From: Octopus sinensis
Lineage: Eukaryota
DNA length: 64,000 bases
Assembly: GCF_006345805.1 (NCBI RefSeq)
Contig: NC_043001.1
Span: 32,116,001-32,180,000, forward strand
Direction of reading: 5' to 3'
Shown piece after piece: positions 22,977 through 35,410 of the stretch. The notes below the pieces were generated by a model. That model made no database searches, had not been told where the DNA came from, and saw only the letters and a list, made by a program, of their open reading frames with translations. The position numbers and the translations under genes are program-made. Each line of letters opens with the position of its first letter. Within the stretch, counting starts at the first letter, position 1.

Positions 22977-23051
22977 TATATATATAGTTGATATTATTTA
23001 ACATTTACTGGAAGTTTCCAATTTATTATTACGATTATCTCTTTATCTCAG

Positions 23052-23113
23052 GTCGTGAAGAAGCTTCTGGAGTCTTGCATTCATAGCGAGCTTACTACCT
23101 GCAGCAGCCTACG
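23052..23113 (+). other. Candidate short host exon (unidentified)
   Basis: TATCTCTTTATCTCAG acceptor, open frame VVKKLLESCIHSELTTCSSL(R), weak donor CG|GTACCA. Confidence 0.2.
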
Positions 23114-23138
23114 GTACCATATTATTATTGTTATCATT

Positions 23139-23576
23139 AGTGAGAGAGCAGTGCATGCCATCAAAGTGATACTGGGGTTAAATATTCGAAGCCCAGTATA
23201 CACATCATGACTACCTGTCTGATAAGGGTACACCAGATCCATGCATCACAACCATATGTGCGTGACATGGCGATCGCATAACAAGATTAACAGCGCATGT
23301 TCTTACATGTGGGGCCCAGTTAGAATTTTCTTCAGTTCGAGTAGCCCAACCCCTCAAAAGATCCCTGAATAAGAGTTGTTTAAAGATGTTGAACGAAATA
23401 CCCATGTCTCCCGATGTGAATTATCCAAACCACAAAGAATTCTTCTCAACACATGACTAAGATGTTCCCCAACTACTTATGCTCGGGATCAGAGATGCAC
23501 ATATCGTCAGCCACTAAGAGACATGCTTAATTGGTTAAGGTCAAACAACTGACAAGCAAACCTGTGTTACTGAGCA
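23139..23576 (-). mobile_element. ~555-bp element, older 5'-truncated copy
   Basis: Collinear with the reverse complement of 6420-6855, more substitutions than other copies. Confidence 0.85.
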
Positions 23577-23582
23577 ATTATG

Positions 23583-23630
<48 letters not shown>

Positions 23631-24183
23631 GAGTGAGTGAGCAGCGCATGCCATCAAAGTGACACTGGGGTAAAATATACGAAGCCTAGTATATCCATCA
23701 TGACAACCCGTCTGATAATGGTGCACCAGGCACATGCATCACAATCATATGTGCGCGACATGATTTCATATCAAGATAAACAGCACATGACCTTGCAGGT
23801 GGGGCCTAGTTACAATTCTGTTCAGGTCGAGTAGCCCATCCTGCTCAAAAGGTCCTTGAATAAGGGTTGTTTAAGGATGTTGAACGAAACACCCATGTTT
23901 CCAAGGGTGAATTATTCAAACCCCAAAGAATTCCTCTCCACACATGGCTATGATCCTCCCCCACTACTTCTGCTCGTGATCAGAGATGCACATATCGTCA
24001 ACCACTAAGGGACATGCTCAACTGGTTAATGTCAAATAACTGACAGGCAAATCTGTGGTATTTAGCAGAATATTTGCTGTAGCCCATCTTTTATATCAAG
24101 ACAAAACAATGTACATGATAGACACTTCCAATCAGTTAAGATCAGAAGCCACGAGAGCCACTGCCTGGTACTGCAACAGGGCA
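23631..24183 (-). mobile_element. ~555-bp element, full-length copy
   Basis: GAGTGAGTGAGCAG…CTGCCTGGTACTGCAACAGGGCA between (ATT)n tracts. Confidence 0.9.
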
Positions 24184-24211
24184 TTATTATTATTATTACT
24201 ATTATTATCAA

Positions 24212-24260
<49 letters not shown>

Positions 24261-24815
24261 GAGTGAGAGAGCAGTTCATGCCATCAAAGTGACACTGGGG
24301 TAAAATATACGAAGCCTAATATACCCATCATGACTACCCGTCTGATAAGGGTACACTAGGCACATGCATCACAACCATATGTGCGCGACATGGTGATCTC
24401 ATAAAAAGATAAACAGCACATGACCTTGCAGGTGGGGCCCAGTTAGAGTTTTCTTCAGGTTGAGTAGCCCATCCCGCTCAAACGGTCCCTGAATAAGGGT
24501 TGTTTAAGGATGTTGAACGAAACACCCATGTTTCCAGAGGTGAAGTATTCAAACCCCAAAGAATCCCTCTCAACACACGGCTATGATGCTCCCCCACTAC
24601 TTCTGCTCGTGATCAGAGATGCACATATCGTCAGCCACTAAGGGACATGTTCAACTGGTTACGGTCAAACAACTGACAAGCAAATCTGTGGTACTGAGCA
24701 GAATATTTGCTGTAGCCCATCTTTTATACCAAGACAAAACAATGTACATGATAACACTTCCAATCAGTTAAGATCAGAAGCCATGAGAGCCACTGTCTGG
24801 TACTGCATCAGGTCA
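24261..24815 (-). mobile_element. ~555-bp element, full-length copy, nearly identical to 6301-6855
   Basis: Shares diagnostic variants with 6301 copy (GTACCACAGATTTG, CGTAACCAGTTGAAC, GAATACTTCACC). Confidence 0.9.
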
Positions 24816-24843
24816 TTTATTATTATTACTATTATCATCATCA

Positions 24844-24901
<58 letters not shown>

Positions 24902-24904
24902 TAT

Positions 24905-25497
24905 TTATTGTCCTATCACAGCTTTTAACGCTGGAGATGTACTACGGTGTCAGCTGTTCAATACCAGCGAACTAAGGTAACACCCTCTATCTTTCGAGCA
25001 CCATCCAGAGTATTCGAGCGGTTCCAAGCTGTGCTGTTTTCTGGAAGTGCTCCACCCTTATTGCAGCCCCTATATGTACCATGTACTTCTCAAGATTTTT
25101 GCTCACTGTTCCCAGGGCAATTATTGGTACTACTACCACCTTTTCCATCGACCACAACTGCTTAACCTGCCAAGCTAACCTGTCATATTTTCAACTGTTC
25201 TTTCTTCTTTATCGCATACCTTGTTGTCAGCTGGGCATGCTATATCTATGACCCAGCATCGTTTGCGTTCTTTCTCAATTAACGCTATGTCTGGTTTCCT
25301 ATTCTTTATCTCATGATCGCACTGAATCATAAAATTCCATAGGATCTTTGCATTATCATTTTCGATGGTGCCTTCGGATTTATGTTCGTACCACTTTTCT
25401 GCTCTGTCAAGTTCATACTTATTGCAAAGTGTTCAATGGACAATCCTTGGTATAGTGTCATGACGTTTCATATTCTTTCTGGGCTAGAGGCGGACAT
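24905..25497 (-). mobile_element. R4/Dong-like LINE 3' fragment, family 3
   Basis: KRHDTIPRIVH*TLCNKY…KWYEHKSEG…KILWNF.IQCDHEIKNRKPDIALI…WVIDIACPAD…VPII.ALG…QKTAQLGTARIL; RLE PD..D motif; flanked by (ATT)n. Confidence 0.88.
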
Positions 25498-26329
25498 TAT
25501 TATTATATTATTATTATTATTATTATTATTATATTATTATTATTATCATTATTTTTTAGTTTTATTATTTTATGCCTGAGACCTCAAAAGACAAGTTGAA
25601 TTCTGGTTTCCAATGCGACTGCCCAATGATGGCCTCAAACTGAATGTTTCAAAACAAAGGGGCACACACACACACACAGACACACATACACACACACACA
25701 CACAAACACACAGACACACACACATTCAGTAACTCTCCGAAACCTAAATACAATGTAAATACAAAATGTTCCAAAATTTAGATTTTGATTCTTGTTTTAA
25801 TTATAAAATTACATCTCTCAACAGTAAAAAGCACTTTTGGGGGGCTGTAAAAATTATTTCATATATGCTCAAAGGTTGTTGTTTTAGATCTAACCATTTT
25901 AAAAATAACAAACCGGGGCAAAATGAGTAATTTCTGATTTCTCGCTATTTTTCTTTCCTTTACTAGTTTGAAAACATTTCATTATATTTTACATTCTGAA
26001 ACATTTTCAACTCATATTTAAAAAAGAAAATATCTTTTCTCTCCTTTATTGTATTTTCATTATGAAGGAGAAGCAAAACACCACAAGTACATGTGTGAAA
26101 GATAAAATTAGAATTTTGAAAGCAAAGAGGCATTTTCAGTCGTTTAAAATGTATAAAAGGTATAATTTTTATTGAAGAAATGTATAAAGGGATAAAAAAA
26201 ATATCACTTGTTTTCCCCTTTTTTGTACCATATAACAACAGTTTGTCACCGAAGCATCTTGTTTCAAGTAAAGTTATATTTGAGGGGAATTATATCAGGT
26301 AAAGTAGAAATGAATATATTATGTCATGC

Positions 26330-27480
26330 ATATAAAATTCTTACAGCATGGCAAAAGTACGAAAATAATTGGAAACAGGCCTTGGCGGAAGTAAAGGACA
26401 TGGGCCACACCCACTATCAGTTTTTTTGGTGGGGAGGAGAGTTCTACAGAAACCCACTTTTTCAACTGTAGAGATTCCGAATCTTCAAAAAAAAATCAAC
26501 ATTTCAAAATTTTAATTCAATCAATTCATTCCTCACCCCCGCACAAATTTTTCACTTTTTTTTTGGCGTAACACGCAGAGAAATACGGAGATTGTGATTC
26601 TAAAAAAAAAATTTTGGTAAAATTTCGTTTTTCTAAAAATAAATAAATACACACTGTTCCCCTCCGCAATCGCATCTGTGACAAAAAGTGAAAATGTGGT
26701 TGAAGGTCTCTAGGAATTAAGAGAGGTATGTGAAAATTAGTTTTTTGCACACACATACACACACACATGACAATAAAATGATATTCTTTTTAATATTTAC
26801 TTTTTCGGTCATTCGTATTTAGAAAGTGGATCTTCGGTTGGCTGTTGTTTCTAGCTTGTCGGACGTTCCGGTTGGAGCGTACATAAAAATTGAAGATTTT
26901 GAAAACCCCAAAAGCTAGTTTTCAAAATTTTCATTTTCCCATTCTCCACCCCTCTAGCAAAGAAAAAAAGGAGGTGGGGAAAATTAAAATTATGAAAATG
27001 TGGTTCGTCGTTTAACTGCTGTTTCTAGCATGTCGAGTTTTCTGTTTAGATACTTTTTACGTCTGCTATTTTAGTGGGAGGGGAGGGGTGTTTATTTATT
27101 ATTATTACTATTATTTTATTTTTGAAAAATTGAAATTTTACAAATTTGCTTTCTTCATATTCATAATCTCCGTGTTTTTCTATGTATTTCGCTAAAAGGA
27201 TTTTTACAAAATGTGAAAAATTGTGTGGGGTGGTGGTTTGGTGTGGAATTTGGGGGAATTAAAATTTTGAAATATCGATTTTTTTTTGCAGATTCAGAAT
27301 CTCCGCAGTCGAAAAAGTAAGTTTCTGTAGAAAAAAGCACCTCCAAAAAAAACTCAAAGGGGGTACGGTCCATGTGTTTTACCTGCGCCAAGGGCTTTAA
27401 TAACGCCCTAACATTGTATATATATTTTGGAATTTCCAGATAATTTTGTGAATTTGTATTCTGCACATGGGACTTCATAT
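26330..27480. mobile_element. Large fold-back element with long diverged inverted arms (~26330-26620 and ~27130-27480)
   Basis: CCTTGGCGGAAGTAAAGGACATGG / TTCTACAGAAAC…TTTTTC.ACTG..GAGATTC.GAATC / TTTCAAAATTTTAATTC / CGGAGATT.TG all reappear reverse-complemented in the right arm. Confidence 0.7.
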
Positions 27481-27929
27481 GATTATGCAAAAAAAATAAT
27501 AATAAATAAATGAATAAATTGTAGGGGTGCATGATTTTAGGCCTATTTACCTATTATTTTTAGCACACCTCACAACCACCTCAATGACAAAAATAAAACC
27601 AAGTAGACAACACGTATTTTATAGTTTTAAGCAATTAAATATGCATTTAATGCCATATACAGCACATTACAAATTAAATATTTCTCAACATAAGAAACTT
27701 ATAGCACAAAATTAAGATTTATCCAAAAATAAAATAGCAAATTACAAACTGAATATTTCTAAAAAAACAAACATCTCAAATCTTAACTGGATAACAGAGC
27801 AAGCCCTTCGCACGAGTGTAGGACAAACCCTACCTAGGACAAAACTTCCTCAGACAAAAACCCTATAAGTGTGAAAGTGGACAAAATACCCTCGGTTATA
27901 TTTTTCGGTTAAATTTTTCGTTTTTCCCC

Positions 27930-28265
27930 CATGTACTTGTTTCAGTCATTTGTCGGTGGCCTTACTGGGGCACTGCCTTGAAGATTTTTAGTTGAACGTA
28001 TCGACCACAAAATTTTTCTTTCCTTCTTACTTGTTGTAGTTATTAGACTGCGACCATGCTGGGGCACAACCTTGTAGTCTTTTTAGACGACTGTATAGAA
28101 CCCGGGATTCTTTTTTAAAGTCAAATCAAGACCATCTGAGTGTTATATTTCGTTTTTTTTGTGGTTTTTGTTTTTCCTCCGTAATTGTTAAATCATTTGA
28201 CTGCAGTAATGCTGGGGCACCGCCTTGAATAAATTTTAGTCGAATGTAGCGACCCCAGAACTTTT
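27930..28265 (-). mobile_element. Cluster of three decayed OK-SINE tail fragments
   Basis: Repeated TTTCAGTCATT/ATCATTTGACTGC…GCTGGGGCAC…GACC. Confidence 0.6.
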
Positions 28266-28399
28266 GTTAGGTGATTTTCAACCAGCGAATGAAGTTAAGC
28301 CTAGAAGGTCTCTCCACATGCTAGAAATAACAAAACAAGTAAGAAACAGCAAACCCTTGGTTTTGATGTATTTGAATGTTACCTTCTAGCTTCTTTGCT

Positions 28400-29270
28400 T
28401 TCATTTGTTAAAGAACTATGAGAAAATTCAGCCCACAGGATTGCACACTATGAATAAATAGCAAAAGGTGTATGTAAATATATCACCTCAAATATTCTGA
28501 TGTTTCCAAACGCCTTGTTACAAAGAAATTTACAGATGGAACAAATGATAGAGCTTCTTTGAAAAGGGTTAAAAAATTTAGGATAGAAGTTCTAAATCAA
28601 GTCTATGACTGCTTGATAATTCAGTTAAGAAAGAGGGTGGAGCCATATGAGCAGATTGCGAAAAGGTTCAAGTTTCTGTCAGAACTGATGAACAATTCAG
28701 AATTTGATGAGAACAGTATGGAACTTATCATATCGCATTACAAAGACGATATTAACCACAAATTAATAGATGAGTGTTATCAGTTCAAAGAGTGTTTACA
28801 CCTTAAGAAATCGCAGAACACAGAAGATAACACACCACCAAAAATGCAATGCACAGAAGTTCTTCAGCTTATTTATGAGCAACAATTAATTGACGTGTTC
28901 CCTTATATTCTTTTCTACTCTAGGCACTAGATCCAAAATTTGGGGGGAGAGGGCCAGTCGATCAGATCAACCCCAGTGCCCAACTGGTACGTAATTTATC
29001 GACCCAAAAAGCATGAAAGGGTAAAGTCAATCTCGGCGGAATTTGAGTGTTCCCTAATATTACTACTGCACTTAGGCTGTACTTGCCAATGCCTACCACA
29101 ATCTGTGAAGCAGAAAAGAATTTCTCAATGCTTTCCTTTATAAGGAGTAAATTTCAGTCTACCATGACTGAAGAGCGCTTAAATTCCTGATGCATATTGT
29201 CTCTAGAAAATGACATTGCACGGAAGCTGTCATATGACAAAGCTGTAAGGGAATACGCTGCTATAAAACA
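28400..29270 (+). pseudogene. hAT transposase C-terminal half (ZMYM1-like/hAT dimerisation domain), disrupted
   Basis: …KFRIEVLNQVYDCLIIQLRKR…FKFL…ECYQFK…LIDVFP, then after an insertion VFPNITTALRLYLPMPTTICEAEKNFSMLSFIRSKFQSTMTEERLNS*CILSLENDIARKLSYD. Confidence 0.85.
28910..29046 (-). mobile_element. OR-type SINE fragment inserted in hAT ORF with 15-bp TSD
   Basis: Flanks GTGTTCCCTTATATT (28895-28909) and GTGTTCCCTAATATT (29047-29061), one mismatch. Confidence 0.85.
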
Positions 29271-29379
29271 ACAACAACATAAAAAAAAACAGAAGAAAAG
29301 AGTATTTTGTAATTTTCATATCTATCTTAAATATAAGATTAATATTAGATTATATCAACTGTGCTATTTGTTAGGAATT

Positions 29380-29700
29380 ACAACCGTGTTTCGTGGTCTG
29401 CTACCACAACAGCTCCTTATAGGATCCAGTTAGCTCAAGACATCATCAGGAGGAACCACGTCCGGTTTCGTTCGGCCCCTACTCCTCTACCGTTTTGACG
29501 TGCCCCCCCCTTTCGGAGGTGTCTTCAGCTCTGGTGTTGAGTGCATGTCTTCTTTCTTCTATTCCCTGGCCTCTTCGACGTATCGTCAGCGAGTGTCAGC
29601 CAGTGACTGACTGTCTTGTCAAATTTTTCCCTTTAAATACCTGCTGCTTTACTCTATGATGCATCATGCATGTATATAATAATTCACTTATTTTCAACCC
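29380..29700 (-). mobile_element. PLE-like pseudo-LTR with several hammerhead-core motifs
   Basis: Minus strand has CTGACGA, CTGAAGA and CTGATGA cores, GAAAC motifs and a CACCTCC-GAAA-GGGGGGG hairpin; stems I do not close cleanly. Confidence 0.45.
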
Positions 29701-30019
29701 TTCGTAACTCTAAAAGTATAAGGTATAGTCCGGAAAATATATGTTCACACCAGTGACTTTCAGTATCACAATCTGAAATGTAATTCTTAAATTTGTAAAG
29801 AAATTTGTGGCAATCTGCTATGGAACAACCACATCGACAAAGATATCGATGGTTCCCACACCTAGTTTCTGGTGGAAAGACGGCTCATTGTCAGACTCAT
29901 CTTTAAGGACTTTACATCACCACTTCACCATTTGGGCTATCAGGGCCTCAAGGTCGGAGTTCCTTGTAAGGGCAAGAAAATTATTTGACTCTTGTTGGAT
30001 GTTATCCTACTGTTGCTGG

Positions 30020-30081
30020 TTGCATAGGGGCCCCTATAACATTTTAAGCTTCAGGGCCCCAATATTGTAGATCTGCCACTG
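30020..30081 (+). mobile_element. Probable hAT right terminus
   Basis: GGGGCCCC/GGGCCCC subterminal motifs and end …TAGATCTGCCACTG (reverse CAGTGGCAGATCTA), typical of hAT CAG-starting TIRs; left TIR not found. Confidence 0.5.
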
Positions 30082-30542
30082 AAGAAGATTCTAGCAATAT
30101 ACAATGAAGATATAGAAAAATGTGAATAAATTTTAGCAGAAAATGAAATGGTTTCGATAAGAGGAAACATGTTAGATATAGGCACCCAAACTCAAGAAAA
30201 CTTAGGCCATGCTTTTTAGAAGAATGGTTGAATGCGTTCTGTTTGTTTATCTTTAGTAAATACAAATCTAAACTTGATATATTTAATAACAAAAAGTAAA
30301 TCGCAACTATTAAAAGTATTTTAAACTAGAGCATAGAAAAGACATCTGTTTATATGGATGTGTGATTGTGTTTGTTTACTTTTAAAAAAGGCAACTTCAA
30401 AGTAGATTTTTTCCCGTTAGAATTAAACTATATTTTTATATTGTTAGCTTCGTTGTCATATTGAAAGAACGTTTAAGCCAATAAATCAAGAAGAACCCTT
30501 ACAGAGTAGGGAAGAAAAAGGATCAAGAGATTCTCTCTTGTG

Positions 30543-30617
<75 letters not shown>

Positions 30618-30656
30618 AGTGTGTGTGTATGTATGCATATATATAAAATAAAAACA

Positions 30657-30890
30657 ATAAATGCGCCCTTTTAAAGCCTAGCCAGGCTCATGGGCTCGGT
30701 TTCCCGGTTTCAATGGCGTATGTGTCCCCCAGCTGGACGGGATGCCAGTCCATTTTTGTCAGCTGAGTGGACTGGAGCAACGTGAAATGAAGTGTTTTGC
30801 TCAAGAACACAACGCGTCGCCCGCTCCAGGACTCGAAACCACAATCGTACAATCATGATGCTGAGACCCTAACCACTAAGCCACGCGCCT

Positions 30891-30895
<5 letters not shown>
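30657..30895 (-). mobile_element. tRNA-derived SINE, third family (CORE/V-like central domain)
   Basis: Minus strand GTGGAGGCGCGTGGCTTAGTGGTTAGG (A box)…GTTTCGAGTCC (B box)…TGTGTTCTTGAGCAAAACACTT…GGACTGGCATCCCGTCCAG. Confidence 0.8.
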
Positions 30896-30927
<32 letters not shown>

Positions 30928-30959
30928 ACACACACACACACACATGTATACATATATAT

Positions 30960-31080
30960 GAAAGAGACCGATAGAATAAGTAATAGACTTAAAATTCGTT
31001 CAACTAATATTCTTGAGGGCGGTGGCCCCGTATGACCGCAGTCTAATGATTGAAACAAGTAAAAGATTAGAGATAAAGGA
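30960..31080 (+). mobile_element. OK-SINE tail fragment
   Basis: AAAGAGACCGATAGAATAAGTA…GGCGGTGGCCC…GACCGCAGTCTAATGATTGAAACAAGTAAAA. Confidence 0.7.
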
Positions 31081-31200
31081 TAAGGGACTTATGAAACTGC
31101 AAAAATATCGAGTGAATGGGAAGGTCACACAATATGCTAAAAATAGCAGCCTCGCCTTCTAATTTATCTTACTGACATATAAGAGGAAGGAAACTATATC

Positions 31201-31619
31201 TCTTTTATTCTGTTTTACTTGTTTCAGTCATTTAACTGCGGCCATGCTGGAGCACCGCCTTTAATCGAGCAACTCGACCCCGGGACTTATTCTTTTGTAA
31301 GCCCAGTACTTATTCTATCGGTCTCTTTTGCCGAACCGCTAAGTAACGGGGACGTAAACACACCAGCATCGGTTGTCAAGCAATGCTAGGGGGGGGGGCA
31401 ACACAGACACACAAACATATACACACACATACACACATATATGTATACATATATACGACGGGCTTCTTTCAGTTTCCGTCTACCAAATCCACTCACAAGG
31501 CATTGGTCGGCCCGGGGCTATAGCAGAAGACACTTGCCCAAGGTGCCACGCAGTGGGACTGAACCCGGAACCATGTGGTTGGTTAGCAAGCTACTTACCA
31601 CACAGCCACTCCTGCGCCT
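31201..31619 (-). mobile_element. OK-type SINE, full length
   Basis: Head AGGCGCAGGAGTGGCTGTGTGG…GGTTCAGTCCC, internal TG/TA microsatellite, tail …GACTGAAACAAGTAAAA. Confidence 0.92.
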
Positions 31620-32807
31620 GAATAAAAAAAAAAACAGGATGGACACATTTGGAACGTCTTTGATTGTAAGATTCCTGAACTAGGTCTGGCTTGGGGCGAA
31701 GCAACTAAAACTGTGAAGAAGAAATAGCTATAGATTAAATATGTAGTAGTAAACACAGCTGTTTAGCTTGTATACGTGAGTATCTCCTTTGTTATGCTGA
31801 AACGATATCAGTACATTCAACCTCTACTGGATCACATGAACTTTATATGTATCTCCATGCAATTCACTATGGAGAAAGAAAATAATAGCCAATTATAAAT
31901 CCCATAGTATATTATTGCAGCGGAGAGAAACGAATATCATGATATCTGTGTAGCAAATCTAATAGATACTAGCCTCTATCTAAATGGTGAATCTCACTTC
32001 ATCAGTATCACCGTGTAAAGGAAGAAATAATTTCATACAAGATCGAACAAAATGTATCTGTATCAATGAATTAACTAAAAAGCAAATATATTTACTGAGA
32101 GAAAAAAGAATTCAAGAAAAACAACAAACGTGTGTTAATATTTCTAATGTGTATGAAGTAAAGACAATGCATAAATCCTCTGGGACTCTGAATTGTTGAG
32201 CTATGAGGCCCATAGAAATGTGCCCAGAGTAACCTTAAACTCTCTATATGTTTTAAGGGAGTAACACTTGTTCGTTAGTTGAATAAATTAAATAATTACA
32301 TTTACAGGATCTAAAACATTTGCGGAATAATTTACAAAAGGATAACTGGATTACAAGACTATTTTAAAGTGAGAGAGAGCGAGAGAGGGGAGTGAGATGA
32401 TGTGAAAGAGGGTGAGAGAGAGAGGAAAAGAGACAGAGATAAAGAAGGGAAACATCTAAGCCCAAATGCACTCATCTGTTGAGAAACATCAAATTCAGGA
32501 ATAATATTAGAATATATGGTGCAACAATGAAAATTACATAAAGATAGTGTGCGGAGGGAGAACCATACTAAACATGAAGGAAACAGAAAGAAACAATATT
32601 ATGCTGAGAACTCAATCACTGTGAACAGAATAAATATTTTGGGAACAATATGGCTGACATTACTGAAATGATTCAAAGAGCCTCCGAATCTATCAAATAT
32701 TTCACTTTACTGAGCAAAGAAGCATCATTGTAGTTGATCGACCTACTAGAAATAGCCGCCAAATCTCCCTCATGACGCACTGATTTCTTAAAGTAAGTCA
32801 AGAACAT

Positions 32808-33026
32808 CTCTTTTACTCTTTTACCCTTTTAATCGTTTCATTTATTTGATTGTGGCCATGCTGGGGCACCGACTTTAGTCGAGCAAATCGACCCCAGGAC
32901 ATAATTCTTTGTAAACCTAGTACTTATTCTATCGGTCGCTTTTGCCGAACCACTAAGTTACGGGAACGTAAACACACCAGCATCGGTTGTCAAGAATGTT
33001 GGGAGGACAAACACAGACACACAAAT

Positions 33027-33063
<37 letters not shown>

Positions 33064-33245
33064 TATATATACACATATATACGACGGGCTTCTTTCAGTT
33101 TCCGTCTACCAAATCCACTCTAAAGGCTCTGGTCGGCCCGAGGCTATAGTAGAAGACACTTGCCCAAGATGCAACGCAGTGAGACTGAACCCGGAACCAT
33201 GTGGTTGGTAAGCAAGCTACTTACCACACAGCCACTCCTGCGCCT
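32808..33245 (-). mobile_element. OK-type SINE, full length
   Basis: Collinear with 31201-31619. Confidence 0.92.
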
Positions 33246-34009
33246 TCATGGATAATGTAATCATAGACAGTGTATGTCTGAATAGAGGAAAGGACGGGAT
33301 GGTTTCAGCTGGAATAGGTTTGGTCAAGTGGCAATTCTATCAATAACAAGGACCATATTTAGCTAAAATTAACTAAAGACGGAAATCTATTTGAAAATGT
33401 TTCCATAGAGGTAAAATAACCTCGGAGATGCTTTTGCCCACACACAACATGCAGGAACCACTCAGAGGTCTAGCAAGCTGTTTAAAATCCATTACGTCAG
33501 CAGGTATCCCAGGGTCGCAAGCGTTTCGCTCTTTAGCTTATCTGCTTCGCCTGAACTAGTCTTCGACTGCCTGATTTTCAGAGAGATATTCGTATCAGCA
33601 GAACAGCTGGCCTCCCTGATGTAATGTATGCATGTAATGTATGTATGTATGTATGTATGTATGTATGTATGTATGTATGTATGTATGTGCGTATGTGTGT
33701 GTATATGTGTATGCGCATGTCTATGTGTGTGTTTGCGTGTCTGTGTGCGCGCGTGTGTGAGTGTGGGAATATATAGGTGATAAAATATAGTGGATGGATT
33801 ATTTAAGAGGTCGAATATGCCTCAGGCATGTTTGAACTGGTTACAAGTTACATTTTACTGCTTAGTGCTGTCACCCCTGCATACACTCGCACACACACAT
33901 ACATACATACATAGACACACACATACATACATACACACATACATACACCCCACACACATATACATAATACATATATATATATATATATATATGGGGAGAA
34001 TTCACAATA

Positions 34010-34160
34010 AAACATAAGACGAAGACAGGTGGTGTAGAAAACAAACAGATGTATTAATATAACGCTCGGGAAGTGAAAAATTCTTCCACAGAAAGTAACA
34101 CAGAAAGAAACAGGGAGAGAAAATAAAGAATGTGTAGTGGCTAGCGATCTATCATGGTGA
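34010..34160 (-). mobile_element. CUGUAGA-family PLE-like element with hammerhead core deleted
   Basis: Flanks match 19985-20165; only CTTTCTGTGGAAG of the motif remains. Confidence 0.65.
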
Positions 34161-34439
34161 ATATATATATATATATAAGCCAGAGGAAGATGTGTAGTGC
34201 TGTTATGGGTCGTAGGCTCAGGAATATAAGAGCACCACGATCTCAATCGCAAGCAAAAGTTCCGCAAAACGTTCAATGCCCTTCCCTGCATATATGATTA
34301 TAAATCAGAGTGACCTTCTCCTAGAGACAAGCATTAGCAAAAGCTAAGGGGTGGCTCACTTCCAGTGGTCTTCCAGCATGCTGGATACCAACTCAAATAT
34401 TTTTGAAGACCCATTGCTCCTGACAAATAATCGTTGAAT

Positions 34440-34625
34440 CTACAGTTGGTTCACGCGTCCTGTTGGCGATTTTCCCCCCGTCTTCCCTTCCTTGGATCTT
34501 TCCTTTTTCTGTGTTTCTGACGAAGAGCTCCGCTCGAAATGTTTAATCCTCTTTCTTTCTTTCCTTTCCTGAGCGTCCAATAACACTATACTTGTTCCAC
34601 GTCCTCGCGTTGTTGTGTTTTCATG
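34440..34625 (+). mobile_element. PLE-like short element with hammerhead-like motif
   Basis: GTTT-CTGACGA-A-GAGC-TCC-GCTC-GAAA-TGTT at 34513-34543 (C15.2 replaced by T). Confidence 0.6.
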
Positions 34626-34636
34626 TTTGAATTAAC

Positions 34637-34669
<33 letters not shown>

Positions 34670-34725
34670 ATATATATATTGAAATATATGCCCATATATA
34701 TGAATGTATATACGTATATAGGAAA

Positions 34726-34784
<59 letters not shown>

Positions 34785-35175
34785 ATATATATATATATAT
34801 ATGTATATATCCCAAAATGGGACAAGAACGCAAAACATCCTGACTGGTGAAACAAAAAAAGGAAAAAAATATCCAGGCAGAAGATACAAGAAAAACAAGG
34901 ACGGATCATTCTGAGTTTTCTATCGTCAGTCGAGTTCCAGATTATCTTTGCAATTTTGGCTGGTTCCCCACCAATGCAAACTCAATACCACTATAAAATG
35001 GTCAAAACGTTTCACACAGGAACTTAGTTTGATTTGAAAACCCCACTAGAATGGGAGAAAGCGCTAATACATGATCTAAGTTATATGATATATAAAAAAG
35101 TAATATACAAATAAATATCTGTAAATATAAACCATCCGATTTTCTGAGTACCTCATTTCTTCTAATATATATATA

Positions 35176-35245
<70 letters not shown>

Positions 35246-35363
35246 GAAAAATTGATTGAAATTCCTTGGTACTCCGAGTGTCACAGCATGATGTTAATCT
35301 TCACCCATTGGAAATTTGAGTTGAAATTTATGTTGAGTGCCCTCCTTTCTTTCGTTCCCTCAG

Positions 35364-35410
<47 letters not shown>

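Noticed and set aside
33420-33610. GC-balanced block: minus-strand exon (EASCSADTNISLKIRQSK…) or hammerhead (CAGATAA-GCT-AAAG-AGC-GAAA-CGC)
   Set aside because: Frame ends in a stop with a poor acceptor; ribozyme core has two mismatches and no NUH
34860-34970. Minus-strand CTGACGA in another PLE-like fragment
   Set aside because: No GAAAC or stem II partner visible
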